Shown here: positions 28,101 through 35,880 of the stretch, in pieces
How positions within the stretch are numbered: position 1 is the first letter of the stretch
Layout: each line of letters starts with the position of its first letter
Source of the DNA: a virus
DNA length: 64,000 nucleotides
IMG/VR virus record: IMGVR_UViG_3300032235_000911
Span: 1-64,000 of that record
Reading direction: 5' to 3' (one strand)
Made by a program: the position numbers and the translations under genes
The notes under the pieces: model-generated
Told to the model about the DNA's origin: nothing
Seen by the model: only the letters and a program-made list of their open reading frames with translations
The model's database searches: none

Positions 28101-28595
28101 AACGTCAGTTGAATGAGAGGAGACATAGACAACGTGACTTTCTGAAATAGTTGGCAATATATTTGTTAAACCGGCTCCGTCGCCAGTAAAGGATCCGCTA
28201 AATGACCCAGTAATACCATTTGAACTAGAAGCGTCAATGGTTCCAAGAAGATATGTAGCTGATAGATTATTACCAATATATATTCCTACGTCACGTTCGT
28301 CGGCACCGGTATTTCCAAGATATATCGTTTGATCGTTACTAGCATTTAGATACAAATCAGAGCCGCTAGCCTCCAACTCTATATTACCACTAGTAGAAGT
28401 TAACCTTAAAACACTATCAACACTTACATTGTTCCAATCTTGGTTACTTAAATTTACATAACTTGCTGTGCCAGTTAAATCTCCAAGAAATGATCCGGTT
28501 GCGCTGCCACTCAGGTTAATAACCTGTGGATTTGGATAGCTACCACTTAAATCTCCGCCTGCTGGCCCGCGTGGGCGACTACTATATATTGGCAT
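25107..28595 (-). CDS. Multidomain tailspike/fibre: pectin-lyase-like beta-helix, central module, C1q/TNF-like C-terminus
   Basis: VYVSS...ADGTLKHPFQTVAEAL...LLPGTY (start of a right-handed beta-helix), LSSLTDVQIGSPAIGEALVYDGSKW repeat, C-terminal FTFAEKGRYLVSITG. Confidence 0.7.
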   Translation of the reverse strand: MPIYSSRPRGPAGGDLSGSYPNPQVINLSGSATGSFLGDLTGTASYVNLSNQDWNNVSVDSVLRLTSTSGNIELEASGSDLYLNASNDQTIYLGNTGADERDVGIYIGNNLSATYLLGTIDASSSNGITGSFSGSFTGDGAGLTNILPTISESHVVYVSSHSTDVGADGTLKHPFQTVAEALTYIGTQISADDPVLVNLLPGTYDSFTVTRHDTYFKSEFGRDRQRAAIVNGPIVINTNGAQKYNDIIGFEGIFFNTSGGPNSVPVVEISGSGKGLTYFDDCYIASSGSAECLKLNNTLTFANNKLVLRNTTFLGQAMGPDLLSINGGDAELDTCKFYYSSGPISSGSAIVTTGDTYLAADRCLFDIPTNDYAIDLRSATSASAFTNCAVGSTGASSPALLYTAKPLTLWNMLFTTNSTYSNSKLSGSSLAIPIFYSSLNSVLPIAASTVTLYPLTETHGTIVAASVTSSLFGTASYASSAATASYVNPLTQSVYIQGKLSASSGITGSFSGSAANLNQVQVSDYLRLLSVGNVSIPTDQSSSYIYTSGSTNDLYFTQYAPPYTNTTRLRWLEGALNTGLLHGGVISTTNGTNTFGITSGSGLIVSFNALTSSDPYPTVNFVNFTGSSNIPLQYSASAQITYISLDSNGHVVQKTTPPTFSDFKSSIVIGRVLHQSGSVTNGTINTPPTAYGVNSNVADFVRAIGPLKMNGHFLAASGSTTLALTKTSGDSYVEGRNYSLNPNIPNIVLAANDLPVTVTKIYRQYMSGSTPIIDTGVAGSGYAELDESKYQDENGILQNVTAGKFTVQRIFWFPRAVNNALFAYYGQTRYDTLDDAIAGISTENFVEGDNTRTSAILVGYVVLKGDAANFTNTNNTRIYQAGLFRGGIGGGGGTTGGATNLSSLTDVQIGSPAIGEALVYDGSKWVDGNPATASYAINAGSSATASYVNPLTQSIFISGDLSASSGVTGSFSGSAANLSLFSTTNGGRGVVPGSSNVGNSYFLRADGVWALKPYGQFTISGSQIYSSAGAIVSDFSQELSSSISVSGGSFTFAEKGRYLVSITGRLAVTAVSVDAPTALKIETRYGGNVVDAIYISSEINAVPADRSYIVTRTQLVDVDTIAKKIDFYATVIGGTSITGSWENVGGPDGVFGHNLKVVMTKI
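25661..27154. repeat. ~110-bp diverged direct repeat (25661-25771 and 27044-27154) within the tailspike gene
   Basis: Both copies encode ATASYVNPLTQS(V/I)(Y/F)IxGxLSASSG(I/V)TGSFSGSAANL; offset is 1383 nt (in frame). Confidence 0.85.
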
Positions 28596-28611
28596 AATTA
28601 ATTTCCTAATA

Positions 28612-29412
28612 TTAATGTGTTGTAAACAAAGTTACAGAACCAGAAGTAGTATTTGGATTTAATAAACAAGTATGTCTCATCCTTGAATTTGTATCCTTTG
28701 CTTCATAAGTTGAATAATGGTCAAGTCTTATATTATAACTGCTGGTTGTCACAGGGATAGCGCTGACCCCATATTGTGATAGTCTAATATAAAGATACCC
28801 ATTTGTATTATTTTGAATAGTTAAAGATAAACCTTCTGCGTCTTCAAAATAATATTCTCCTTCTGTTATAAAATCATCATATTCATAATATGCGTCTGTA
28901 CCTGTTTCAAAAGCAAACTTACCTACAGAAGAGACAGAGCCAGACTGAACAACAACAACAGGCTGTGTATACGAGGAAGTGACAACGTAAGAATTAGGCC
29001 AGTTTGAGATACTTGCAGTTAGACTGCCGGTATTTACAAGATTAACAGAAGCCGTTGTTAATGTGTGTACCTTTAATCCATCGGAACCGGAAAGCGCAGT
29101 TAGTTTAGTGATTTCCGCTGTTGTTAGATCTATAGCGCCGGTAATTGCATTAACATCCCCAGCAACTATATCAACGCTCATAGAGACAGGACCACCAGTT
29201 AGAGCTTGATAAAGTTGTTCGTTAAACAAGCCTATTGCACTGGAAACTTCGCTCATACTTGCCGTGATAGCAGACAAGTCTTCTGTGTGCATAACAGTAT
29301 TAACCGCTCCGCTTACGGCATGATATGGGACAAGACCAGCGCTACTACTATTTACACGTAACTCTTGCGTACTACCATCGCCATCTTTTATTTGTAATTT
29401 ATAATCTGACAT
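28612..29412 (-). CDS. Virion protein (paralog of 21667-22977)
   Basis: LTIQNNTNGYLYIRLS...YNIRL...SRMRH domain; N-terminal LVPYH resembles VLPYS of the paralog. Confidence 0.7.
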   Translation of the reverse strand: MSDYKLQIKDGDGSTQELRVNSSSAGLVPYHAVSGAVNTVMHTEDLSAITASMSEVSSAIGLFNEQLYQALTGGPVSMSVDIVAGDVNAITGAIDLTTAEITKLTALSGSDGLKVHTLTTASVNLVNTGSLTASISNWPNSYVVTSSYTQPVVVVQSGSVSSVGKFAFETGTDAYYEYDDFITEGEYYFEDAEGLSLTIQNNTNGYLYIRLSQYGVSAIPVTTSSYNIRLDHYSTYEAKDTNSRMRHTCLLNPNTTSGSVTLFTTH

Positions 29413-29433
29413 ATTTTTATTCCTTTAATACTA

Positions 29434-29440
29434 TAAATAG
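29434..29440 (-). promoter_or_regulatory. Putative phage late promoter motif CTATTTA
   Basis: GCACTATTTATAG upstream of RBS AAGGA and ATG 29412. Confidence 0.6.
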
Positions 29441-29446
29441 TGCTTT

Positions 29447-30529
29447 TTATGTTATCGTAACAATATAAGTTTCGCCATATGTCAAATCTTGAATATCTAT
29501 ATAATTTTCATAATAGTCTATAACTACTGCCACTGGCGCTGTATCTTCTGGACTTGTTATAATTTCCTCAATTCTGGCATGGACATTTACATTGTTTAGG
29601 TAATGGTTCAAGCGTGTTACATTATCTGTAGTATTATCGGCTGTTGGAGTTATGATATATTCTATTTTACGCACTTCGTTTCCTCCAACGAAGAAAGATT
29701 GTCCGCCTATCTGACCTCCTGCCGTTGTTGTACTTGTAGTGGTTGGAAGTACAGAAGAATTACGACTTAGATTAATTTGCGCTATACTTTCGCCGGTTGT
29801 CGTGTATTTATTTTCTTCGTTTAGATAGTCAGATGCAATATTTCCAAGTACTTTTATTGTTAGTTTTGATATAAATTTACGTTCTTCGCCTTCTAAATTT
29901 GTTGTGTTGTTTTGTGTCTCAATGTTAGTATCGTAGAAACATTCATATTGTCGATTATTACGATATATTGGAAAATATTTAAGACTACCTGTTCTTGTTA
30001 TAAAAGGTTGTATTATTTCATTCATTTGCTGTTGATAATTCGTGATGATTGTTATCGCATATGTAATATTAACATACACAGGCAACAGCATATTTCTATA
30101 TTCATATATTGGTTTTTCTGCTTTTTTTATTGCACCAACGAATTTTATTGCTCTTAGTGTTTTTTTGCGATTATTGCTGCTATATTGTGAACTTTTTTCT
30201 TGATTTATTTGTCGTGATACAGTATAGCGATTGTTTTTTGGTGGTATGTTTGCATAAAATACACCATTTTGCTTTGGATCTTTTACAATGGAAGTTCGCT
30301 CTATTGAGATAAGTGGATATTTTAATGTTCCACCTATATCATAAAAGCCTTTATTGTTTTTTATCTGATATGCACGCTCTGGCGTTGTCCACAAAACAGG
30401 TACTTTGCTGAACCCTTCTTTTGTATTGCAGAAAATATTCATACTTTTGTCTAACCAATCGTACATAGCATAATCTATGTCCTCTAATACTGGCTTTGCA
30501 AAGTTTGGAGCTGTAAATATATTTTCCAT
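29447..30529 (-). CDS. Tail completion/sheath terminator protein, T4 gp15-like
   Basis: KVPVLWTTPER, PLISIERTSIVKD and PVYVNITYAITIITNYQQQMNEIIQPF match the gp15-family pattern. Confidence 0.6.
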   Translation of the reverse strand: MENIFTAPNFAKPVLEDIDYAMYDWLDKSMNIFCNTKEGFSKVPVLWTTPERAYQIKNNKGFYDIGGTLKYPLISIERTSIVKDPKQNGVFYANIPPKNNRYTVSRQINQEKSSQYSSNNRKKTLRAIKFVGAIKKAEKPIYEYRNMLLPVYVNITYAITIITNYQQQMNEIIQPFITRTGSLKYFPIYRNNRQYECFYDTNIETQNNTTNLEGEERKFISKLTIKVLGNIASDYLNEENKYTTTGESIAQINLSRNSSVLPTTTSTTTAGGQIGGQSFFVGGNEVRKIEYIITPTADNTTDNVTRLNHYLNNVNVHARIEEIITSPEDTAPVAVVIDYYENYIDIQDLTYGETYIVTIT

Positions 30530-30530
30530 A

Positions 30531-31502
30531 TTATAAATCTAGTTTTAGTTTAAATAAGAATTCACGTTTTTCTGTCTTTCTTATTGGATTTGCTAGGCTT
30601 GCGACTGCAATAAGTTGTTTATCTTCGTCATAAAGACCTATTTTTGTTATATATGTATCTTTTTGTAGTGGCGCTTGAGCGCCGATAAATGGTATTTTTA
30701 GTGTATTTTTTATTTCTAATGCTCTAGTCTCGCTACCCAGACTGTCGATGTTTTCTATGAATGATTTATCTGTTATTGTAGCTTTATAACTTCCCTCTTT
30801 TAAGTAAGTTGGATTGTTTGAGTGGTTAACTTCACCTTTATCAGCATATACGAATGTAAAACTTGTTGGCGTTAGCGCGATCGTCGAAAAAAGCGGCTCA
30901 AACACGATTCCAGAAGGAACGCCGGTTGTTTGACTAACTGTTCTTACACCGAAATGATACCACTTGATAGTATCTGTTCCCTCTGTTGTATTTTCATGAT
31001 TTACTAATCTCACGGGACGGTCCATAATTGTAAAAACATCGATGTCGCTAAGCAGTATTATTATTCCCTCTTTATATAATACAAAGCCTACCTCGTTATC
31101 ATTTATGTCATATAGCACGCCATCTTCTCGATGATCAGTTGCTTGACCTAATAAATCACCATTATAGCTAATACGTAAATCAATGCTACCTTTTTGTAGC
31201 CCATTGCCTAAGTTTTGCGAAGGCACGTTTAATAATGCCATTGGCTGATCTATCATTGCATCAAAGTTAAATCTTGGATGCTCGCCAAAGTAGTAGTTTA
31301 TTGTATTTTTTAAGCTATGTAATACTGCTTTATATTCTGCGTTTGAAGAGTTCGCTGTAAAGTATGGTTTTACGACGAAATGTCTTGGGATAGGTGTATA
31401 TTCTGTAAACGCATGCCCATAATCAGCTGCATCGTATGCTGATTTGCTGATGTTTTTTGGTTTAAAACCAGAGCTGTCTTTATAAAATATGTATTTATCC
31501 AT
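30531..31502 (-). CDS. Virion structural protein with C-terminal YITKIGLYD..QLIAVA motif
   Basis: C-terminus is paralogous to 31769-32716 (N.SxNPTYL, YIT..GLYD...L.AVA.L..PI.K). Confidence 0.7.
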   Translation of the reverse strand: MDKYIFYKDSSGFKPKNISKSAYDAADYGHAFTEYTPIPRHFVVKPYFTANSSNAEYKAVLHSLKNTINYYFGEHPRFNFDAMIDQPMALLNVPSQNLGNGLQKGSIDLRISYNGDLLGQATDHREDGVLYDINDNEVGFVLYKEGIIILLSDIDVFTIMDRPVRLVNHENTTEGTDTIKWYHFGVRTVSQTTGVPSGIVFEPLFSTIALTPTSFTFVYADKGEVNHSNNPTYLKEGSYKATITDKSFIENIDSLGSETRALEIKNTLKIPFIGAQAPLQKDTYITKIGLYDEDKQLIAVASLANPIRKTEKREFLFKLKLDL

Positions 31503-31504
31503 TT

Positions 31505-31699
31505 TTAAATAACTGGTATGTACATGCTATTGTCTGGGCACGAGAAATCTAGTTGTATTTGACATGCGTCCTCTGGATATTGCGGTTCCGTATATACGTT
31601 ACCGTCAAACACGCCGTCAACAATAGATATTTTTATCCTATTTCTTGATTTTGCTGCGTTATTTGTAAAATCGTTACTGCCTAGCTGTATTGTGGCCAT
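31505..31699 (-). CDS. Small hypothetical protein
   Basis: 64-aa ORF ending 2 nt before the 323-aa gene start. Confidence 0.6.
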   Translation of the reverse strand: MATIQLGSNDFTNNAAKSRNRIKISIVDGVFDGNVYTEPQYPEDACQIQLDFSCPDNSMYIPVI

Positions 31700-31705
31700 G
31701 TTTAT

Positions 31706-31744
31706 AAAAAATTATCCCGTTAACTTATATAGTTAGCGGGATAA
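31706..31744 (-). terminator. Terminator hairpin with the late-promoter motif CTATATA (31726-31732) spanning its loop
   Basis: TTATCCCGCTAACT-ATATA-AGTTAACGGGATAA-TTTTTT. Confidence 0.65.
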
Positions 31745-31768
31745 AATAATGTTATAGTGAAATAACTA

Positions 31769-32716
31769 TTAGAAGTCTAATCTGACACGCATGATTAGTT
31801 CCGTGCTTGGAGTCTTTTTGATGGGTTCTGACAATTTCGCAACTGCTAATAGTTGATTTGAACTATCATATAACCCAACTGTTGTTATATATGCTGCTGA
31901 TTCTTTCGTTGGATCGCTTTCTTTTACACGAATCATGCTATCTTCAAGATAGGTTGGGTTTGCACTATAGTTGAATTCATTGTTGTATGCGCGACAGAAG
32001 TATATAGCAGAGTTCAATTCGGTTACCGCATTAAAACTAATAGCGGTTACGCCATTATTGCTTGCGGCTTTAGCCGTTAATACATTTAATGTATTAGCAG
32101 ATGGTGTGCCGGGATAGCCGACCAAGGTATTAGATGCCTTTAGTACAACAATGCCTGCTTCATAAAAAACTGCCCCAACGATAGTACTGCCTATTTTAAG
32201 CTTTAATAATCTTGCTTCTCCGGTTTGGACTTCGTATGAAGTACCATATTCCTCACACTCATTTGTCCCATTAATAGTTATCTCAAAACTGCCAGATGCA
32301 ATTTTATCTTTAATAGAGTTTCTTGGAATTGATAAATATATATACCCACCGTCAGGCATATTTGTTCCACCAAATACGTCACTAAACTTTTTTAAATCCC
32401 CATTTGCTTTATAGCCTAACAGCAAATGCCTAAACTGAGTGTCGACTCTCTGTGCGATAGTTTGGGCAGCTGGTAGAGTTGTTATAGTGGCAATAGAACT
32501 ATAGCCAGCAGTTATACCAAATGAAATACCTAAGTTTTCGACATCTGGATCTGCATTTACGCCATATACATAAAAACTGCTATTGCTCGCGTCAGACCCG
32601 CCATATCTGATTTGATAGCCATAATCAGCTGCGCGCGTTAAACTTTTAGCTTCTACAAGTTCCGTTGAGCTTGTCACTCTATCGTTATCTGTTAGTTGTT
32701 TAAATGATTGAGCCAT
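31769..32716 (-). CDS. Virion structural protein (baseplate/tail), paralog of 30531-31502
   Basis: YFCRAYNNEFNYSANPTY and YITTVGLYDSSNQLLAVAKLSEPIKK motifs. Confidence 0.7.
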   Translation of the reverse strand: MAQSFKQLTDNDRVTSSTELVEAKSLTRAADYGYQIRYGGSDASNSSFYVYGVNADPDVENLGISFGITAGYSSIATITTLPAAQTIAQRVDTQFRHLLLGYKANGDLKKFSDVFGGTNMPDGGYIYLSIPRNSIKDKIASGSFEITINGTNECEEYGTSYEVQTGEARLLKLKIGSTIVGAVFYEAGIVVLKASNTLVGYPGTPSANTLNVLTAKAASNNGVTAISFNAVTELNSAIYFCRAYNNEFNYSANPTYLEDSMIRVKESDPTKESAAYITTVGLYDSSNQLLAVAKLSEPIKKTPSTELIMRVRLDF

Positions 32717-32738
32717 TTTTTTACCTTATTTATTGTAG

Positions 32739-33689
32739 TTATGGTACATATTTGACGAACGCAACAGGAATATCAATAGAATAACCGGTTGTTGCACCAA
32801 CTACCTTGACATGTGTTGGTATATAAACATAGCTTCTGGACGCCCAGCTTGTCACGCTTTTGCCATATTTATCAAAATGCGTAGAGTTGTTTACAAGATC
32901 CATTTTAGCCTTGATGCTAAACTCTAGTTTTGTACCCCTTGAGCCTTGGATAACCGAATCTGGGTTTTCGTTGAGGCTTGTGTCTGAGTTGTAGACCTTC
33001 ATTTGTTTAACAAAATCTCCTGTGCCATCAAGAGTAAACTTATACATTGCGATTTGGTCATCGTCAATAACTGGATCAACTGGCGCTGGTGTTCCATCTG
33101 GAAGCGTTAGTGCTCCAAAGCGGTTGTCGATAAACACATTATATTCGCGTTCATAAAGATCTGGCATTGAAGCAAGCGAAACGGTTCGATCTGACTTTGA
33201 GCTATCTAGCCCTTGGTCTACGCGGACATAGTTTTGACCACTAGTTAAAATACCACTTGTTTTATTACCAAGAGAAACTGTAAGCGCTGCTGTTGTGTTT
33301 AGATCAGAACGATTGACGGGCACAGCGAAACCGGTAAAAGCACTACCAAAGAATGCAGCAGTGTCATTTGGGCGATCCCCACCGGAAGCTGCGTTTAGCT
33401 TTAAAATAGGCAGGAAAAGCAAATTCTTTGAAGCTATTGTCAAAAGTTTGCTCTTTAGAGACGCAGCATTATTAGTAAAAGCCTCTAGGATAGGCGTAGC
33501 CATGATAAGTTCATCTTTGCGGGCACTTTCTACGCCCTCTTGATATAAACTATAGTCAATTTCGTCGTCACCAAGCGCAAACTTTACGATATTAAATGAA
33601 CCATCGCCACGCGCAAGCAACAATCTACCGTAATCTGTAAGTACTGCATCTAGTACGATGTCGCTGTTGTTATTTAAAAAAGTTGACAT
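32739..33689 (-). CDS. Virion structural protein with a tail-collar (DUF3751-like) N-terminal motif
   Basis: LDAVLTDYGRLLLARGDGSFNIVKFALGDDEIDY. Confidence 0.65.
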   Translation of the reverse strand: MSTFLNNNSDIVLDAVLTDYGRLLLARGDGSFNIVKFALGDDEIDYSLYQEGVESARKDELIMATPILEAFTNNAASLKSKLLTIASKNLLFLPILKLNAASGGDRPNDTAAFFGSAFTGFAVPVNRSDLNTTAALTVSLGNKTSGILTSGQNYVRVDQGLDSSKSDRTVSLASMPDLYEREYNVFIDNRFGALTLPDGTPAPVDPVIDDDQIAMYKFTLDGTGDFVKQMKVYNSDTSLNENPDSVIQGSRGTKLEFSIKAKMDLVNNSTHFDKYGKSVTSWASRSYVYIPTHVKVVGATTGYSIDIPVAFVKYVP

Positions 33690-33716
33690 ATTTTTATTCC
33701 TGTATAAGTTCTTCTA

Positions 33717-33723
33717 TAAATAG
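33717..33723 (-). promoter_or_regulatory. Putative phage late promoter motif CTATTTA within a short inverted repeat
   Basis: CTTCTA-TTTA-TAGAAG (33711-33726) upstream of RBS CAGGA and ATG 33689. Confidence 0.6.
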
Positions 33724-33732
33724 AAGGGTATT

Positions 33733-35880
33733 TTATATTTTCTTGTTTAATTTTGCTTTTACCGTATAGCGCAGGATGCGGTTACTTTTTTTAGATCTAA
33801 TCTGTAATACAAAGCCTCTATTCCATACCTTTTCGCTATCTGGACCTAATTCTACGTCACTTATGCTTTCTGGTTGTTCTGTTCTAGGTATAAGCTGAAT
33901 TTGGCTTGGTTTTATTAGTAAATATCTACGGAAGTTTTTATTTTTAATTTTTTCCATAGTTTTTTTGATATTTATTTCATTTTTTATTAGATATCTATAT
34001 CCGTCATCGTCTCTAAGTTCTACTTCGTATATTTTTGATGGGTTTGAAGCAATATCGTGCGCGTTTAGGTATCTAAACATAAAATAGTATTTCTTATTAG
34101 GCACGATCATATCAAGTATGTCACGCTGATCGCTTGTTAATTCTAACGTTTTATATTTTTTTCCCTGAAAGGAGATGTAGCTTGTTGGACGATCTACTGT
34201 TTTATATATTTCTAACTTTACCATTCCATCTAATATTTTTGAATGTATATTTTCCGGTATAATATTCTCTTGTGACTTACGGATTAATTCTAGCTGTTCA
34301 AGATCGCCTAACTCAACAGGTTCAAATACTTCATTTTCTTCTAGTGCAGATTGTTTGCGATGAATATAAAACTTGCCACTTTCATAAGCAAAGTCTATTT
34401 CTGGTTTTGTGGCTGGCGTATCGAGTACGGCACCATTAAAACGCGATACTGTAACCTCTAGTACTCTATAATCTATCGAGTTAGACACTGTAAACTTATA
34501 ATATCCACTATCTATATCTCGCAACATCTCAAGGTCTTCATTTTCGTAATACGTATCATATGTATATTTATTGCCGTATACAAGAACATATGTTTTTAAC
34601 GTATAAAAATATTCTGTACCGTATTTGATCTGTGAATCATAAAAACTAATCAGGTTATCGCTGGTCACATCGAACCAAAATGTTTGTAATATTTTTGATT
34701 CGTGGTTAAAAAGTCTTTTTTCAATCTTATAGATTAAGACTTCATTATTGGCTTTTTTATTAGTAAATTCTTGGTAGTTTCGTTTATTTTTAGAAATATC
34801 TTTTTTCAGTTTCTCAAGTATTCGTGAAAATTCCAACGCATCCGCGGGTGACGCATTATTATAAGTCTCCAGCGACAGCCAATCGCGTAACGAGTAGGAA
34901 TTTATTTCATATTGACTAGCCCTGCTATCGGCAACAATATATTTTTTTATTTCCGCGTTTTCAGAGTTCTTTAAATGATCGGTTAGATTATTATATATTA
35001 GATTTTTATTTTTAAAGGTATGTACAATATTATCTTTTGAGTTTGCAAAATTTGAAAAAGTTAACTTCATATAGAATGGAAATGGTGATGCGTATTTTTC
35101 GAAAGACTTAATAATGTTTGTATATTCTATACGATTATTTATATTTTGCGATGTTGCTTTTATCTCACTTAATACGATATTAGCATCTGTATTTTTTACC
35201 GCTTTAGCGTATGTTGTGTAGTATTTTTTAAATGCCTCAACGGTATTTTCAAGCCTGCATAGCCCATCAACGACAGATTCTGGTATGAGACCACCAAGGC
35301 GAAGCGTTAAGTTCTCTAGCTCATCTCTTGCACTTAAGTCTTTATTTTTTAAAATATTATATACTGTTGGCAGAACAGAGACGCTAAACATTGGATCAGC
35401 CAGCATCGCTTCGTATTCCGGCGCATGAAAGTTATATATAAATTCACGATTTATTACACTATTTGAATCTGGCTTGATAAGTGACTGTTCCGTTATTCTG
35501 TTTAATGTCTTTATATCGGTTGAGTGATCGTAGAAATTTTGATTTCTAACAGAATCAATCAAGTTTGTTGCATAATCTTTCCATGCAGATGAATCATACT
35601 CACGAGTCAACAAGCCATTCTGTAGGTAAGTTTCATTAAACCTATCGCGATCAACGCGCAGCCTATATACATCACCATTTATATGGTCAATATTAAAAAG
35701 CGGTGTCATTTTTGGTCTATCTAGTCGGTTTCCATCAAATACAAAAAAATCACCAGAATAATATCTTATAAAATCAGACATTTGGGCAGTGTCTGATTTA
35801 AAATTTATATTTTCTAAATCTAGTTCTGCAACAAACGAATCTGCGTCGAGCATATTTATAGTATTTTTTAAGTTTTTCAT
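33733..35880 (-). CDS. Hypothetical virion protein
   Basis: 715-aa ORF, TAATG-coupled; YDSQIKYGTEYFY and IVPNKKYYFMFR resemble Fn3-like strands. Confidence 0.7.
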   Translation of the reverse strand: MKNLKNTINMLDADSFVAELDLENINFKSDTAQMSDFIRYYSGDFFVFDGNRLDRPKMTPLFNIDHINGDVYRLRVDRDRFNETYLQNGLLTREYDSSAWKDYATNLIDSVRNQNFYDHSTDIKTLNRITEQSLIKPDSNSVINREFIYNFHAPEYEAMLADPMFSVSVLPTVYNILKNKDLSARDELENLTLRLGGLIPESVVDGLCRLENTVEAFKKYYTTYAKAVKNTDANIVLSEIKATSQNINNRIEYTNIIKSFEKYASPFPFYMKLTFSNFANSKDNIVHTFKNKNLIYNNLTDHLKNSENAEIKKYIVADSRASQYEINSYSLRDWLSLETYNNASPADALEFSRILEKLKKDISKNKRNYQEFTNKKANNEVLIYKIEKRLFNHESKILQTFWFDVTSDNLISFYDSQIKYGTEYFYTLKTYVLVYGNKYTYDTYYENEDLEMLRDIDSGYYKFTVSNSIDYRVLEVTVSRFNGAVLDTPATKPEIDFAYESGKFYIHRKQSALEENEVFEPVELGDLEQLELIRKSQENIIPENIHSKILDGMVKLEIYKTVDRPTSYISFQGKKYKTLELTSDQRDILDMIVPNKKYYFMFRYLNAHDIASNPSKIYEVELRDDDGYRYLIKNEINIKKTMEKIKNKNFRRYLLIKPSQIQLIPRTEQPESISDVELGPDSEKVWNRGFVLQIRSKKSNRILRYTVKAKLNKKI

